A program made the translations under genes and the position numbers. Source: an uncultured Staphylococcaceae bacterium (GTDB lineage: Bacteria; Bacillota_I; Bacilli_A; RFN20; CAG-826). Taken from it: a DNA stretch of 36,236 bases. Shown here one piece after another: positions 17,936 to 26,179 of this stretch. Where the stretch lies: the NCBI GenBank assembly GCA_964392865.1, contig CAYMRJ010000002.1, positions 67,574-103,809 on the forward strand, read 5' to 3'. Positions within the stretch are counted from its first letter, which is position 1, and every line of letters starts with the position of its first letter. A model generated the notes under the pieces. The model was not told the DNA's origin, did no database searches, and saw only the letters and a list, made by a program, of their open reading frames with translations.

Positions 17936-18168
17936 TGGCACGCCTAGGGAAGAGCAAGAAGGAGCTCGCCGAAGAAGAAACGATAGAAGAGCGCGACGAT
18001 TCGGAAATCGTGAGCGCTTACTCCAAAGAAGGCGAGCTAAGGAAGAAAGAAGCCGAGGAAGCCGGGAAATTAAGGCCTTGGGAAAAGGTCCTTATTGCCC
18101 TCGGCTACGTTTTGGTCTTCATCGCCGCCGTAGTCGTCGTCTATTTCCTCCAATCGGGGGGAGAATAA
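17935..18168 (+). CDS. Small tail-anchored membrane protein, 77 aa
   Basis: Charged N-terminal region with a single C-terminal TM helix. Translationally coupled to the previous ORF and followed by a terminator. Confidence 0.65.
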   Translation: MARLGKSKKELAEEETIEERDDSEIVSAYSKEGELRKKEAEEAGKLRPWEKVLIALGYVLVFIAAVVVVYFLQSGGE

Positions 18169-18199
18169 GAAAAACCCGAGCCTTGCTCGGGTCTTTTTC
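18169..18199. terminator. Bidirectional intrinsic terminator
   Basis: GAAAAACCCGAGC-ctt-GCTCGGGTCTTTTTC between convergent genes. Confidence 0.85.
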
Positions 18200-18749
18200 A
18201 TTCCTTTGCTTCCGTTTTCTTATGGAAGCGCTTCTTTTTGGGGAAGGGCTTCTTCCTTTTGGGGGCGTCGCTCGTATAGAGGCCTTCTTCGCGCTTCACG
18301 CCTTCTTCCTTGGGTATGAGGAACTCGAGGGCGTCTTCGTCGCTATAGACGGCGATTCCGTGGTCGATGAGATAGCGGGCCGTAAATCCTAATCCAGAAA
18401 TCTTGTTGCCTTTGAATGATCCGTTATAGATATAGCGCGATCCGCAGGAAGGGCTCCCGTCCTTGAGGATGGCTTTGCTGATGCCGAAATAGCGGCATAA
18501 GGCCAAGGCCTTCTTGGCCCCTTCTATATAGTTCTTGGTGCAGTCCTTGCCTTCTTCGGTAACGGCCTTGCCGTCCTTGATCTCGCATTTAGGGCGGGGA
18601 ATGGGAAGGCCGCCTTCGACTTCGGGGCAGATGGCGACCAAGTCGTAATACTTGCTTAGTTCCTCGGCGATGAAGGCGCTTTTCTTGTCTAAGCCATCAT
18701 AGCGGCAGGCGACGCCGTAGAGGCAGGCGGAGACGAGGATTTTTTCCAT
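18198..18749 (-). CDS. DUF523 / 2-thiouracil desulfidase (TudS)-family protein, 183 aa
   Basis: MEKILVSACLYGVACRYDG, CPEVEGGLPIPR and LKDGSPSCG motifs. Start placed at ATG 18749 by family N-terminus. Confidence 0.85.
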   Translation of the reverse strand: MEKILVSACLYGVACRYDGLDKKSAFIAEELSKYYDLVAICPEVEGGLPIPRPKCEIKDGKAVTEEGKDCTKNYIEGAKKALALCRYFGISKAILKDGSPSCGSRYIYNGSFKGNKISGLGFTARYLIDHGIAVYSDEDALEFLIPKEEGVKREEGLYTSDAPKRKKPFPKKKRFHKKTEAKE

Positions 18750-18798
18750 CGGCGTAGATGGTAACGCTTTAGCCTTCCCTTTGCTATGATTTGCGGGC

Positions 18799-19380
18799 AT
18801 GGACGAGCAATATAAGGTCAAGGTCACCAGGAACGATTCCTCTTGGAAATACGTCATTTCCTTCGACGCGAGGGAAGATTGCTTCCTCGCCGAGTTCCCG
18901 AAGTCCTATACGGAAGAGCAGATCGCCCAGGTTTTCAGGAAACATAGGCACTCCCTATTAAGAATCAGGGAGGCAGGCCTCAAGAAAAAGGAGGCCTGCC
19001 ACTACCTCTTCGGGAAGAGACTGGAAGAAGGCGAAGTAATTGATGACGCCATGCGGAAGAAACTGCTAAAGGACTATATCCTGAGGCGTTTGGACGAGAT
19101 GATGCCGAAGTGGGGCCTCGATTTCTCGGTCAAGGTGACGGTCAGGGATATGTCGACCAGATACGGAAGCAACGTCGTGAACAAGAAGCATCTTAGCTTC
19201 GCTTTGTCGCTATCTTCCTTTTCGCCTTTGGTAATCGATTCGGTCATCGCCCACGAACTCACCCACTTCCATTACCGTAGCCACGGGAAGATGTTCTATA
19301 AGAAACTGGAAAGCCTCTTTCCTGAATATGCAGCTACAAGGAAAGCACTGATACACGAGGACTTCTCCTATGGACTATAA
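18799..19380 (+). CDS. YgjP-like / M48-family (DUF45) metal-dependent hydrolase, 193 aa
   Basis: VRDMSTRYGS...IDSVIAHELTHF..RSHGKMFY (HExxH plus downstream His). Confidence 0.8.
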   Translation: MDEQYKVKVTRNDSSWKYVISFDAREDCFLAEFPKSYTEEQIAQVFRKHRHSLLRIREAGLKKKEACHYLFGKRLEEGEVIDDAMRKKLLKDYILRRLDEMMPKWGLDFSVKVTVRDMSTRYGSNVVNKKHLSFALSLSSFSPLVIDSVIAHELTHFHYRSHGKMFYKKLESLFPEYAATRKALIHEDFSYGL

Positions 19381-20092
19381 GCGCATCGATTCGCCGAGCA
19401 ATCAAAGGATCAAGGACCTATGCCGTCTTAAGGACGGCAAGGGCGAGACCTTCTTGGTCGAAGGCTTCCACATGGCCGAAGAGGCCCTTAAGGCCAAGGC
19501 GGCCTTAGAGGTCTATGCCCTCAAGCCCTATAAGTGCGATGTCCCTTTGACTTTGGTCAGCGAATCCGTCCTCAAGAAACTGGCCTCTTCCGTTACCCCC
19601 GAAGGGATAGTCGTCCTTTGCCAAAAGAAGAAGGCCGAGAAGCCTTCATCGGGGAGGGTCCTCGTCCTCGATGAGGTAAGGGACCCGGGGAATGTCGGGA
19701 CGCTACTAAGGACGGCTTTGTGCTTCGGTTATAGGGACGTCGTCCTCATGAGCGGCACCGCCTCGGCCTATTCCTACAAGACCCTAAGCGCTTCCCAAGG
19801 ATCCATCTTCCATCTCAATGTCATAGACGGAGTGAAGAAAGAAGCCCTCAAGGAAATCCTTGATGGCTACTTCGTGATCGCCACGGATCTCAAAGGGGAG
19901 GCGATGGAAGAAAATCTCATAAGCAAAGAGAAAATCGCCCTCATCCTCGGAAACGAGGCCAGGGGCGTCAGCCGAGAACTGTTGGATCTATCCGATTTCA
20001 GATGCCGCATCAGCATGGAGGGCCTCGATAGCCTCAATGTCGCCGTGGCCGGGGGCATCGCCATGCATGCCTATAGGCATATGGAAAAATAG
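19370..20092 (+). CDS. TrmH/SpoU-family RNA methyltransferase (YsgA-like), 240 aa
   Basis: FLVEG, DPGNVGTLLRTA, ILGNEARGVS and DSLNVAVAGGI. Position upstream of pheS is conserved in Bacilli. Confidence 0.93.
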   Translation: MDYKRIDSPSNQRIKDLCRLKDGKGETFLVEGFHMAEEALKAKAALEVYALKPYKCDVPLTLVSESVLKKLASSVTPEGIVVLCQKKKAEKPSSGRVLVLDEVRDPGNVGTLLRTALCFGYRDVVLMSGTASAYSYKTLSASQGSIFHLNVIDGVKKEALKEILDGYFVIATDLKGEAMEENLISKEKIALILGNEARGVSRELLDLSDFRCRISMEGLDSLNVAVAGGIAMHAYRHMEK

Positions 20093-20116
20093 GGCAAGCA
20101 AAGGTAAACTCTAGTC

Positions 20117-20330
20117 GCTCGAAGAACAGGAAGAGTAGCCGAAGGGCCGGATATAGGGAGGGGCAGAGAGTGGAACCGCCCCCGAAGGCCGCGCGCGAAA
20201 GTTCGCCTGGGAGAGTCCGGGGCAATGCCCGGCGCTGGCCGCGTTATAGCCAAAAAGAGTCCCGGAATGATAAAACCGGGGAAGCAGGATGGCACCGCGG
20301 AAGAAATCCGTTCCTGGGCCGCCTTTTTTA
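20117..20330 (+). ncRNA. T-box riboswitch, Phe-specific, leader of pheS-pheT
   Basis: Stem I with AGTA, AGGGAG, GGAA and specifier GAAAG-TTC-G (TTC at 20202-20204). Stem II, IIA/B with CGTTA, and stem III. Antiterminator CAGGA-TGGCACC-GCGGA...TCCGT-TCCTG (20285-20316). Confidence 0.88.
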
Positions 20331-20344
20331 TTGAGGGAAACGCT

Positions 20345-21361
20345 ATGGAAGAGATGAAGATAGAGGCCCTAAAGGCCATCGAAGGGGCCAAGGATTCCGC
20401 GGCCCTAGAGGAAATCAGGGTCGCCTACCTTTCGAAGAAAGGGAAGGTCCAAAGCCTATTCGCCGCCATCAGGGACGTGCCGCCTGAGGAACGGGCTTCC
20501 TACGGAGCCAAGGCCAATGAGGTCAGAAGCGCCATCGAAGCGGCCTACCAAAATAAGAAGAAGGAACTCGATTCCAAGGCCTTGGACGAGAAACTCAAAG
20601 GCGAAGCCATCGACCTCTCGTTTCCCGGCTATAGCCTTAGCCGCGGCCATAGGCATCCCTATCACCTCATAATCGACGAGGTCATCGATATCTTCGCGGG
20701 CCTCGGCTTCGAGATCAAAGAGGGAAGGGATGTCGAAACCGAGGAATACAACTTCACCCGTCTGAACGTCCCCCACGACCATCCGGCCCGGGACATGCAG
20801 GATACGTTTTATCTGAATGACGGGTCCTTGCTTCTTCGCACCCAGACGAGCGCCGAGCAGGCCCACGCCATGGTCGAGAATGCGGAGAAGACGCCCCTAA
20901 GGATGATTTGCCCCGGCAAAACGTATAGAAGGGACGATGACGACATGACCCATAGCCACCAGTTCGGGCAGATCGAAGGCCTCGTCATCGATAAAGGCAT
21001 TTCCCTTAGCGATCTCAAAGGCACCTTGGCCCTCTTCGTTAGGAAGATGTTCGGGGAGAAGCGGAAGATCCGCTTCCGTTCCTCCTATTTCCCCTTCACG
21101 GAGCCAAGCGTCGAAGTCGACGTTTCCTGCAGCAAGTGCGGCGGAAAAGGCTGCGCCATGTGCAAGGGGACTGGCTACATCGAGATATTGGGGGCCGGGG
21201 AAGTCCATCCGAAGGTCCTCGAGGACGGGGGCTATGACCCGAACCTCTATAGCGGCTTCGCCTTCGGGATCGGCATCGAAAGGGTCGCGATGCTCCGCTA
21301 CGGCATCGACGACATCAGGCGCTTCTATATGAACGACGTCCGCTTCTTGAAGGCGTTCTAA
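20345..21361 (+). CDS. pheS: Phenylalanyl-tRNA synthetase alpha subunit, 338 aa
   Basis: HPARDMQDTFY, LLRTQTS, YFPFTEPS, Cys-rich insert CSKCGGKGCAMC and GFAFGIGIER. ATG 20345 follows GAGGGA. Confidence 0.98.
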   Translation: MEEMKIEALKAIEGAKDSAALEEIRVAYLSKKGKVQSLFAAIRDVPPEERASYGAKANEVRSAIEAAYQNKKKELDSKALDEKLKGEAIDLSFPGYSLSRGHRHPYHLIIDEVIDIFAGLGFEIKEGRDVETEEYNFTRLNVPHDHPARDMQDTFYLNDGSLLLRTQTSAEQAHAMVENAEKTPLRMICPGKTYRRDDDDMTHSHQFGQIEGLVIDKGISLSDLKGTLALFVRKMFGEKRKIRFRSSYFPFTEPSVEVDVSCSKCGGKGCAMCKGTGYIEILGAGEVHPKVLEDGGYDPNLYSGFAFGIGIERVAMLRYGIDDIRRFYMNDVRFLKAF

Positions 21362-21374
21362 GGGGAGAAGAACC

Positions 21375-23771
21375 ATGAAGATTTCATATAACTGGCTTAG
21401 AGAACTGGTCGATCTCGAAGGGATTTCCCCTTTGGAAGCGGCCGATAAACTCACCGATGCCGGCGTCGAGTGCGACGGGGTCTATCCCCTTTCTAGCGCA
21501 ACCGGCCTCATCATCGGGGAAATCGTCTCTTGCGTCGCCATCGAAGGCACGCACCTCCATACCCTACTGGTCGACGAAGGCGAAAAGTATGGGAAGGTCC
21601 AGATCGTCTGCGGCGCTCCCAATGCGAGAGTCGGCCTCAAAGTCATCGTCGCTAGGCCGGGAGCCGAGCTTCCGGGCGGGAAGATCGGGGAATCCTCTCT
21701 CCACGGCGTCATGTCCTACGGCATGTGCTGCTCGCTTCAGGAACTCGGGATCGAGAAGAAGTTCCTTAGCGACGCCCAGGTGAGCGGCATCGAGGAATTG
21801 CCGAGCGATGCCCCGGTCGGAGAAGAAAACGTCCTCGGGTATCTCGGCCTCGACGATAGCGTCCTCGAACTCGAGGTCTTGCCCTCGAGGACCGATATCC
21901 TTTCGGCCAGAGGCATCGCCAGGGAACTGGCCGCCTTATTCGGCCGGAACCTCAAATGGAGCGAGGAAAAGTACGACGGGACCTTCGTCTCCGAGTACTG
22001 GCCCGGTAGCGATTCCAAGGACTGCCCCCAGTTCCTGCTTAGGGAAGTAAGGGGCATCAAGAACGCCCCCTCGCCCAAGTGGCTATCATCCAGGCTCCTC
22101 GCTAGTGGAATCCGCTCCATCAACGCCGTCGTCGATATCGGGAACTACGCCATGTTGCTCATGGGACGTCCTCTCAACATGTACGACGCCGATAAGGTCC
22201 ATGGGAAGAAACTCGTCGCCAAGGCCGGCTACAAAGGACAGTGGCTAGGGATGGACGGGAAGACCTACGAACTCTCCGAAGAAGATCTCGGCATCTGCGA
22301 CGAGAAAGGCGTCGCCTGCTTGGCCGGCATTTTGACCAGCGAAGAAGCGATGGTCGACGAGAAGACGGAAAACGTCCTCGTCGAATGCGCCGTCTTCAAC
22401 GGGCCGAGGATCAGGAAGACTTCCGCAAGGCTCGGCCTCTCCAGCGATTCCAGCGCCCGCTACGTCCGCGGGATCGATCCGGAAGCCGCCAATGAGACCC
22501 TTGCCTTGGTGTCGAGGCTCTTGGTCGAACTGACAGGGGCCACTGCCGTAAGCCAGGATAACGTCTATGACGTCACGCCCCATAAGCCCACGAAGGTCGC
22601 CTTCGACATCGATTACATCAACGCCCGTTTGGGAACCGAGCTCCCCGAAGAGAAGATCATCGAAGTCCTTTCGAGCGATTGGCTGGAAATCAAATCCTTG
22701 GGAAAGGGCAAATACGAAGCCACGGTCCCGAGCTATAGGCCCGATATCCAAGCGCCTTGCGATCTGAGCGAGGAAGTCATCAGATTGATCGGCTATGACG
22801 CCATCGAAGAGAAGTTCCCCAGGATGCCGCTAAGCCAAGGCGGCCTCACCGCTTACCAGCAAAAGAGAAAGGATGTCCGTACCCTTTTGGGCGATAGAGG
22901 GCTTTATGAGGCTTTGACCTATACTCTCGTCGGGGAAAAGGAGAAGGATGCCTTCGATCTATTGAATCCGGGTAGGGTTTGCCACGTCGTGGCCAATCCC
23001 CTCGCCCCGGAAAGGAAGTACGTGAGGAAGAACATCCTTCCTAGCCTATTGGAAACCCTTTCCTACAATGCCGCCCACCAAAACGAGGATGTTGCTTTCT
23101 ATGAAGTAAGCGACATCGATTATGTCGGCGGAGAGGGAGAGAGGCTCGCCGTCGCCGCCTATGGCTACGATCACGGCCGGGGCGCCCTCGAAAAGAGGCC
23201 CTACAGCTACTATTTCGTCAAGGGCATCTACGAAGCCCTGCTCGATCTCCTGGGCCTTGCTCCGACGAGATTCAGGCTCGTTCCTTTGACAAAGGAAGAA
23301 GCCGGAGAAGAACTGCATCCCTATAGGTCGGTCTATATCATGTCCGGCAAAGAGAAGATCGGCGTCTTCGGGGAACTGCACCCGAAGGCCGTGGAGGCCT
23401 ATGGCCTCAAAGGGCCCTCTAGCGTCCTCGAAATCGATCTCGCCTATCTCCTGAATATGCCGGGCAGCGCCAAGAAGGCCATCGTTCCGCCCAAATACCC
23501 GAAGGTGAAGAGGGACCTTAGCCTCCTTTGCCCGTTCGAACTGAGATCCGAAGACATCCTTACGGCCATCAAGAAGAGCAGCGCCCTCATCAAGGAAGCC
23601 GAGGTCTTCGACGTCTACCAGGGGAAGGGAGTGGAAGAAGGATATAAGTCCCTGGCCGTCTCCATGGCCCTCTACGACCCGCAGAGGACCTTGGTCGATA
23701 AGGAAGTCGATGAAGCCGTGAACAAGGCCGTGGAGGCCCTCAAAAAGCTAAAAGCGGAGGTCCGGGGATGA
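21375..23771 (+). CDS. pheT: Phenylalanyl-tRNA synthetase beta subunit, 798 aa
   Basis: MKISYNWLRE, QIVCGAPN, SYGMCCS, PSYRPDI..CDLSEEV, and YPKVKRDLS...FDVYQG FDX-ACB domain. Confidence 0.97.
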   Translation: MKISYNWLRELVDLEGISPLEAADKLTDAGVECDGVYPLSSATGLIIGEIVSCVAIEGTHLHTLLVDEGEKYGKVQIVCGAPNARVGLKVIVARPGAELPGGKIGESSLHGVMSYGMCCSLQELGIEKKFLSDAQVSGIEELPSDAPVGEENVLGYLGLDDSVLELEVLPSRTDILSARGIARELAALFGRNLKWSEEKYDGTFVSEYWPGSDSKDCPQFLLREVRGIKNAPSPKWLSSRLLASGIRSINAVVDIGNYAMLLMGRPLNMYDADKVHGKKLVAKAGYKGQWLGMDGKTYELSEEDLGICDEKGVACLAGILTSEEAMVDEKTENVLVECAVFNGPRIRKTSARLGLSSDSSARYVRGIDPEAANETLALVSRLLVELTGATAVSQDNVYDVTPHKPTKVAFDIDYINARLGTELPEEKIIEVLSSDWLEIKSLGKGKYEATVPSYRPDIQAPCDLSEEVIRLIGYDAIEEKFPRMPLSQGGLTAYQQKRKDVRTLLGDRGLYEALTYTLVGEKEKDAFDLLNPGRVCHVVANPLAPERKYVRKNILPSLLETLSYNAAHQNEDVAFYEVSDIDYVGGEGERLAVAAYGYDHGRGALEKRPYSYYFVKGIYEALLDLLGLAPTRFRLVPLTKEEAGEELHPYRSVYIMSGKEKIGVFGELHPKAVEAYGLKGPSSVLEIDLAYLLNMPGSAKKAIVPPKYPKVKRDLSLLCPFELRSEDILTAIKKSSALIKEAEVFDVYQGKGVEEGYKSLAVSMALYDPQRTLVDKEVDEAVNKAVEALKKLKAEVRG

Positions 23772-24250
23772 ACCGCCTAAGCAAAAGCGCCCTCTCCGAG
23801 GGGCGCAGCATCGACTTCGAATGCGGAAAGGCCGATCTAAGGGACTACGAAATCGCCTATCCCATCCTTGCCATAGCCAACCTTTCTTATAAAGGAAAGG
23901 CCTACATGAGCGGGAAGTACCCCCATGTCGAGATGGATGTCAGTTGCGATCTGACTCTCGAAGATAGCTATGACGCCCAGCCATTCGATAGCCATATCGA
24001 GTTCTTCGATGAGGCCGACATCCTCCCGGAGGAAGACGAAGAAGGGGAAGGCTACATCATGGAAGGCGGGAGCATCGACCTCGATTTGCTAGCCTACTCC
24101 ATGCTCCGTAGCAGCCTCCCCATCAAGATCCTGAGACCGGGAAGCAAGCTCCCCGAAGGAAACGGTTCCGTCACCTTCGTTAGCGAGGGCGAGGAAACCG
24201 AAAGCGAAGGCTCGCCCTTCGACATCCTCCTAGAGGAGGATAAGGCCTAA
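23768..24250 (+). CDS. DUF177/YceD-family protein (divergent, lacks Zn cysteines), 160 aa
   Basis: LTLEDSY...IDLDLLAYSMLRSSLPIKIL...SPFDILL architecture, acidic. ATGA overlap with pheT. Confidence 0.65.
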   Translation: MNRLSKSALSEGRSIDFECGKADLRDYEIAYPILAIANLSYKGKAYMSGKYPHVEMDVSCDLTLEDSYDAQPFDSHIEFFDEADILPEEDEEGEGYIMEGGSIDLDLLAYSMLRSSLPIKILRPGSKLPEGNGSVTFVSEGEETESEGSPFDILLEEDKA

Positions 24251-24266
24251 GGGCCCCTAGAAACCC

Positions 24267-24293
24267 AGGCCGCCCAGTGCGGCCTTTTTCTTT
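24267..24293 (+). terminator. Intrinsic terminator of the pheS-pheT-yceD unit
   Basis: AGGCCGC-ccagt-GCGGCCT followed by TTTTCTTT. Confidence 0.85.
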
Positions 24294-24433
24294 GCAATAT
24301 AGAGAAGAAGATAGACTATAAATACTTTGTATTTAAAACGACCAAAAAACTACCAGTTCAAAACCGGTTGAAATTAAAGTTCCGATGGCGCCTAGCCTTT
24401 TGGATTTTTGATCTAAAAGTTGCCATTTCGGCG

Positions 24434-24491
24434 TTGAAGGAGAACCGGCCTTGGGTTACTCTTTAGCCACGAGGTGGGAAAAAGTGGGAAA
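24434..24491 (+). promoter_or_regulatory. mraZ promoter with two MraZ-box direct repeats
   Basis: TTGAAG (24434-24439), 17-bp spacer, TACTCT (24457-24462). GTGGGAAA at 24474 and 24484, a 10-bp period like known MraZ GTGG/TGGG boxes. Confidence 0.65.
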
Positions 24492-24915
24492 CTTCATCGG
24501 TACCTACAACCGGAGCCTTGATGAGAAGGGCCGCCTTCAGCTTCCGCCGAAGTTGGTCGGGGAAGCGGAGGGTCCTTACTATGTCCTGCGCGGCTTCGAA
24601 GGGTGCCTCTCGGTCTATCCCGCTACCGCCTTCGGGAAGCTAATCGATAAGCTTTCCGCCCTCGACTACTTCGATTCGGGCGCCCGCCGCTTCGTCAGGT
24701 TGGCTGTCTCTAGCGCGGAGCGCCTCGATGTCGATGCCCACGGGAGGATCAGCATCCGCCGCGAGATCGCCGAAAAGATGAATCTCCGCGGGGAAGTCCT
24801 CTTGCTAGGCGCCCTCGACCATTTCGAGATCTGGGATCCCCAAGCCTACGAGGCCTATCTCCAAGGCGGGGAGTCCTACGAAGATCTCGGGAACAGCCTC
24901 TCCGGGAGGGAGTAA
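24484..24915 (+). CDS. mraZ: Transcriptional regulator MraZ, 143 aa
   Basis: GTG start after GAGG gives MGNFIGTY. Two DxxGR motifs (DEKGRL, DAHGRI), RGFEGCL and DHFEIW. Confidence 0.96.
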   Translation: MGNFIGTYNRSLDEKGRLQLPPKLVGEAEGPYYVLRGFEGCLSVYPATAFGKLIDKLSALDYFDSGARRFVRLAVSSAERLDVDAHGRISIRREIAEKMNLRGEVLLLGALDHFEIWDPQAYEAYLQGGESYEDLGNSLSGRE

Positions 24916-24916
24916 G

Positions 24917-25837
24917 ATGGCCCGCCACCAAAGCGTATTGCTAGAAGAGGCGGTCGCCCTCCTTCCGAAGAAAGAAGGGATCTACGTGGACCTGACGCTC
25001 GGTAGGGCCGGGCATACCATCGAGATCCTCAAAACCCACCCCGATAGCAAGGTCATCGCCTTCGATGTCGATGAGCAAGCCATCGAGGAATCGGAGAAGA
25101 GGCTGGCCTTAGAGGGACTCCTCACCAGAGTCACCATCGTGAAGGCCAACTTCGCCGACGCCAGGCGGAAGCTCTGGGAAATGGGGATCGGCAAGGTCGA
25201 CGGGATCATCGCCGATTTAGGGGTCAGCAGTCCCCAGTTCGACGATCCCGAAAGGGGCTTCAGCTACCGCTACGACGCGCCGCTCGACATGCGGATGGAC
25301 CGCGATAGCGACTATAGCGCCCTCGATCTCGTGAACCTGGCTAGTCTTAAGAAGCTCACGAGGATCATCCGCGATTACGGGGAAGAGAAAGACGCCTACC
25401 GGATCGCCGAAGAAATTGTGAAAAGGCGTCCCCTCGAGACGACCTTCGACTTAGTCGAAGCCGTCAAGGCCGCCAAGAGCCCGAGGGAACTCAAGAAAAA
25501 AGGCCACCCGGCCAAGCAGACCTTCCAGGCCATCCGGATCGCCGTAAACGGCGAACTAGATAGCCTCGAGAAGATGCTCGACGAAATGCCAGCCGTCCTC
25601 GATGAGGGAGGCGTCATGTCCGTCATTTCCTTCCATTCCCTGGAAGACCGTCTCGTCAAAGACGCCTTCCGCTCCCTCTCTATCCTCCTCGGGAACCGCA
25701 TCGACGGTCCCGTAGGCCCCTCGCCCTCCTACCGACTTCTTCTAAGGAAACCCCTCGTGGCTACCAAGGAAGAGATCGAAGAAAACCCCAGGGCCAAAAG
25801 CGCGAAGCTTAGGGCCATCGAAAGGAGCCGCCTATGA
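24917..25837 (+). CDS. rsmH: 16S rRNA m4C1402 methyltransferase, 306 aa
   Basis: HQSVLLEE, DLTLGRAGH, DLGVSSPQFD, LDMRMD, ISFHSLEDR and NPRAKSAKLR. Confidence 0.98.
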   Translation: MARHQSVLLEEAVALLPKKEGIYVDLTLGRAGHTIEILKTHPDSKVIAFDVDEQAIEESEKRLALEGLLTRVTIVKANFADARRKLWEMGIGKVDGIIADLGVSSPQFDDPERGFSYRYDAPLDMRMDRDSDYSALDLVNLASLKKLTRIIRDYGEEKDAYRIAEEIVKRRPLETTFDLVEAVKAAKSPRELKKKGHPAKQTFQAIRIAVNGELDSLEKMLDEMPAVLDEGGVMSVISFHSLEDRLVKDAFRSLSILLGNRIDGPVGPSPSYRLLLRKPLVATKEEIEENPRAKSAKLRAIERSRL

Positions 25838-26052
25838 TGAAAGACAAGCTCGAAAAGACGGGGCACCGGAAGCCCTACCACACCATGCGCCGCCTGGGGC
25901 TATGGGCCTTTTCGCTCCTTTGCCTGGCCGGGGTGAGTTCCATCCCCGTCGGCATCTCCTACCGGATGGCCGAAGAGGCGGCGGCCGCCCAGATCAGCGA
26001 ATACGTCGATACGGTCGTAGAAGAAACATCGACATCCGCCGTTTACGCCTAA
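25834..26052 (+). CDS. Small bitopic membrane protein at the ftsL position, 72 aa
   Basis: SD GAAAGGAG and ATGA overlap with rsmH. Basic N-terminus, one hydrophobic segment and a short acidic C-terminus. Confidence 0.65.
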   Translation: MMKDKLEKTGHRKPYHTMRRLGLWAFSLLCLAGVSSIPVGISYRMAEEAAAAQISEYVDTVVEETSTSAVYA

Positions 26053-26077
26053 AGAAGATCGTTCCCTCCCTCCTTTT

Positions 26078-26110
26078 CCCGCCGGGGCTTCCTCCCGGCG
26101 GGTTTTCCTT
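26078..26110 (+). terminator. Intrinsic terminator separating mraZ-rsmH-ORF from ftsA-ftsZ
   Basis: CCCGCCGGG-gcttcct-CCCGGCGGG followed by TTTTCCTTT. Confidence 0.85.
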
Positions 26111-26179
26111 TACTTGAAAAATACCAAAGGGCTATCGATTCCCTTTCCATTTACCTAAGGTAAAGACTAGAATTGGGCC

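Noticed and set aside
20225-20344. 40-codon N-terminal extension of pheS in the ORF track, or a leader peptide
   Set aside because: Lies inside the T-box structural elements. ATG 20345 has an SD and gives a normal-length PheS.
21127-21163. Cys-rich CxxCxGxGCxxC insert in PheS
   Set aside because: A known zinc-binding insertion in many bacterial PheS proteins.
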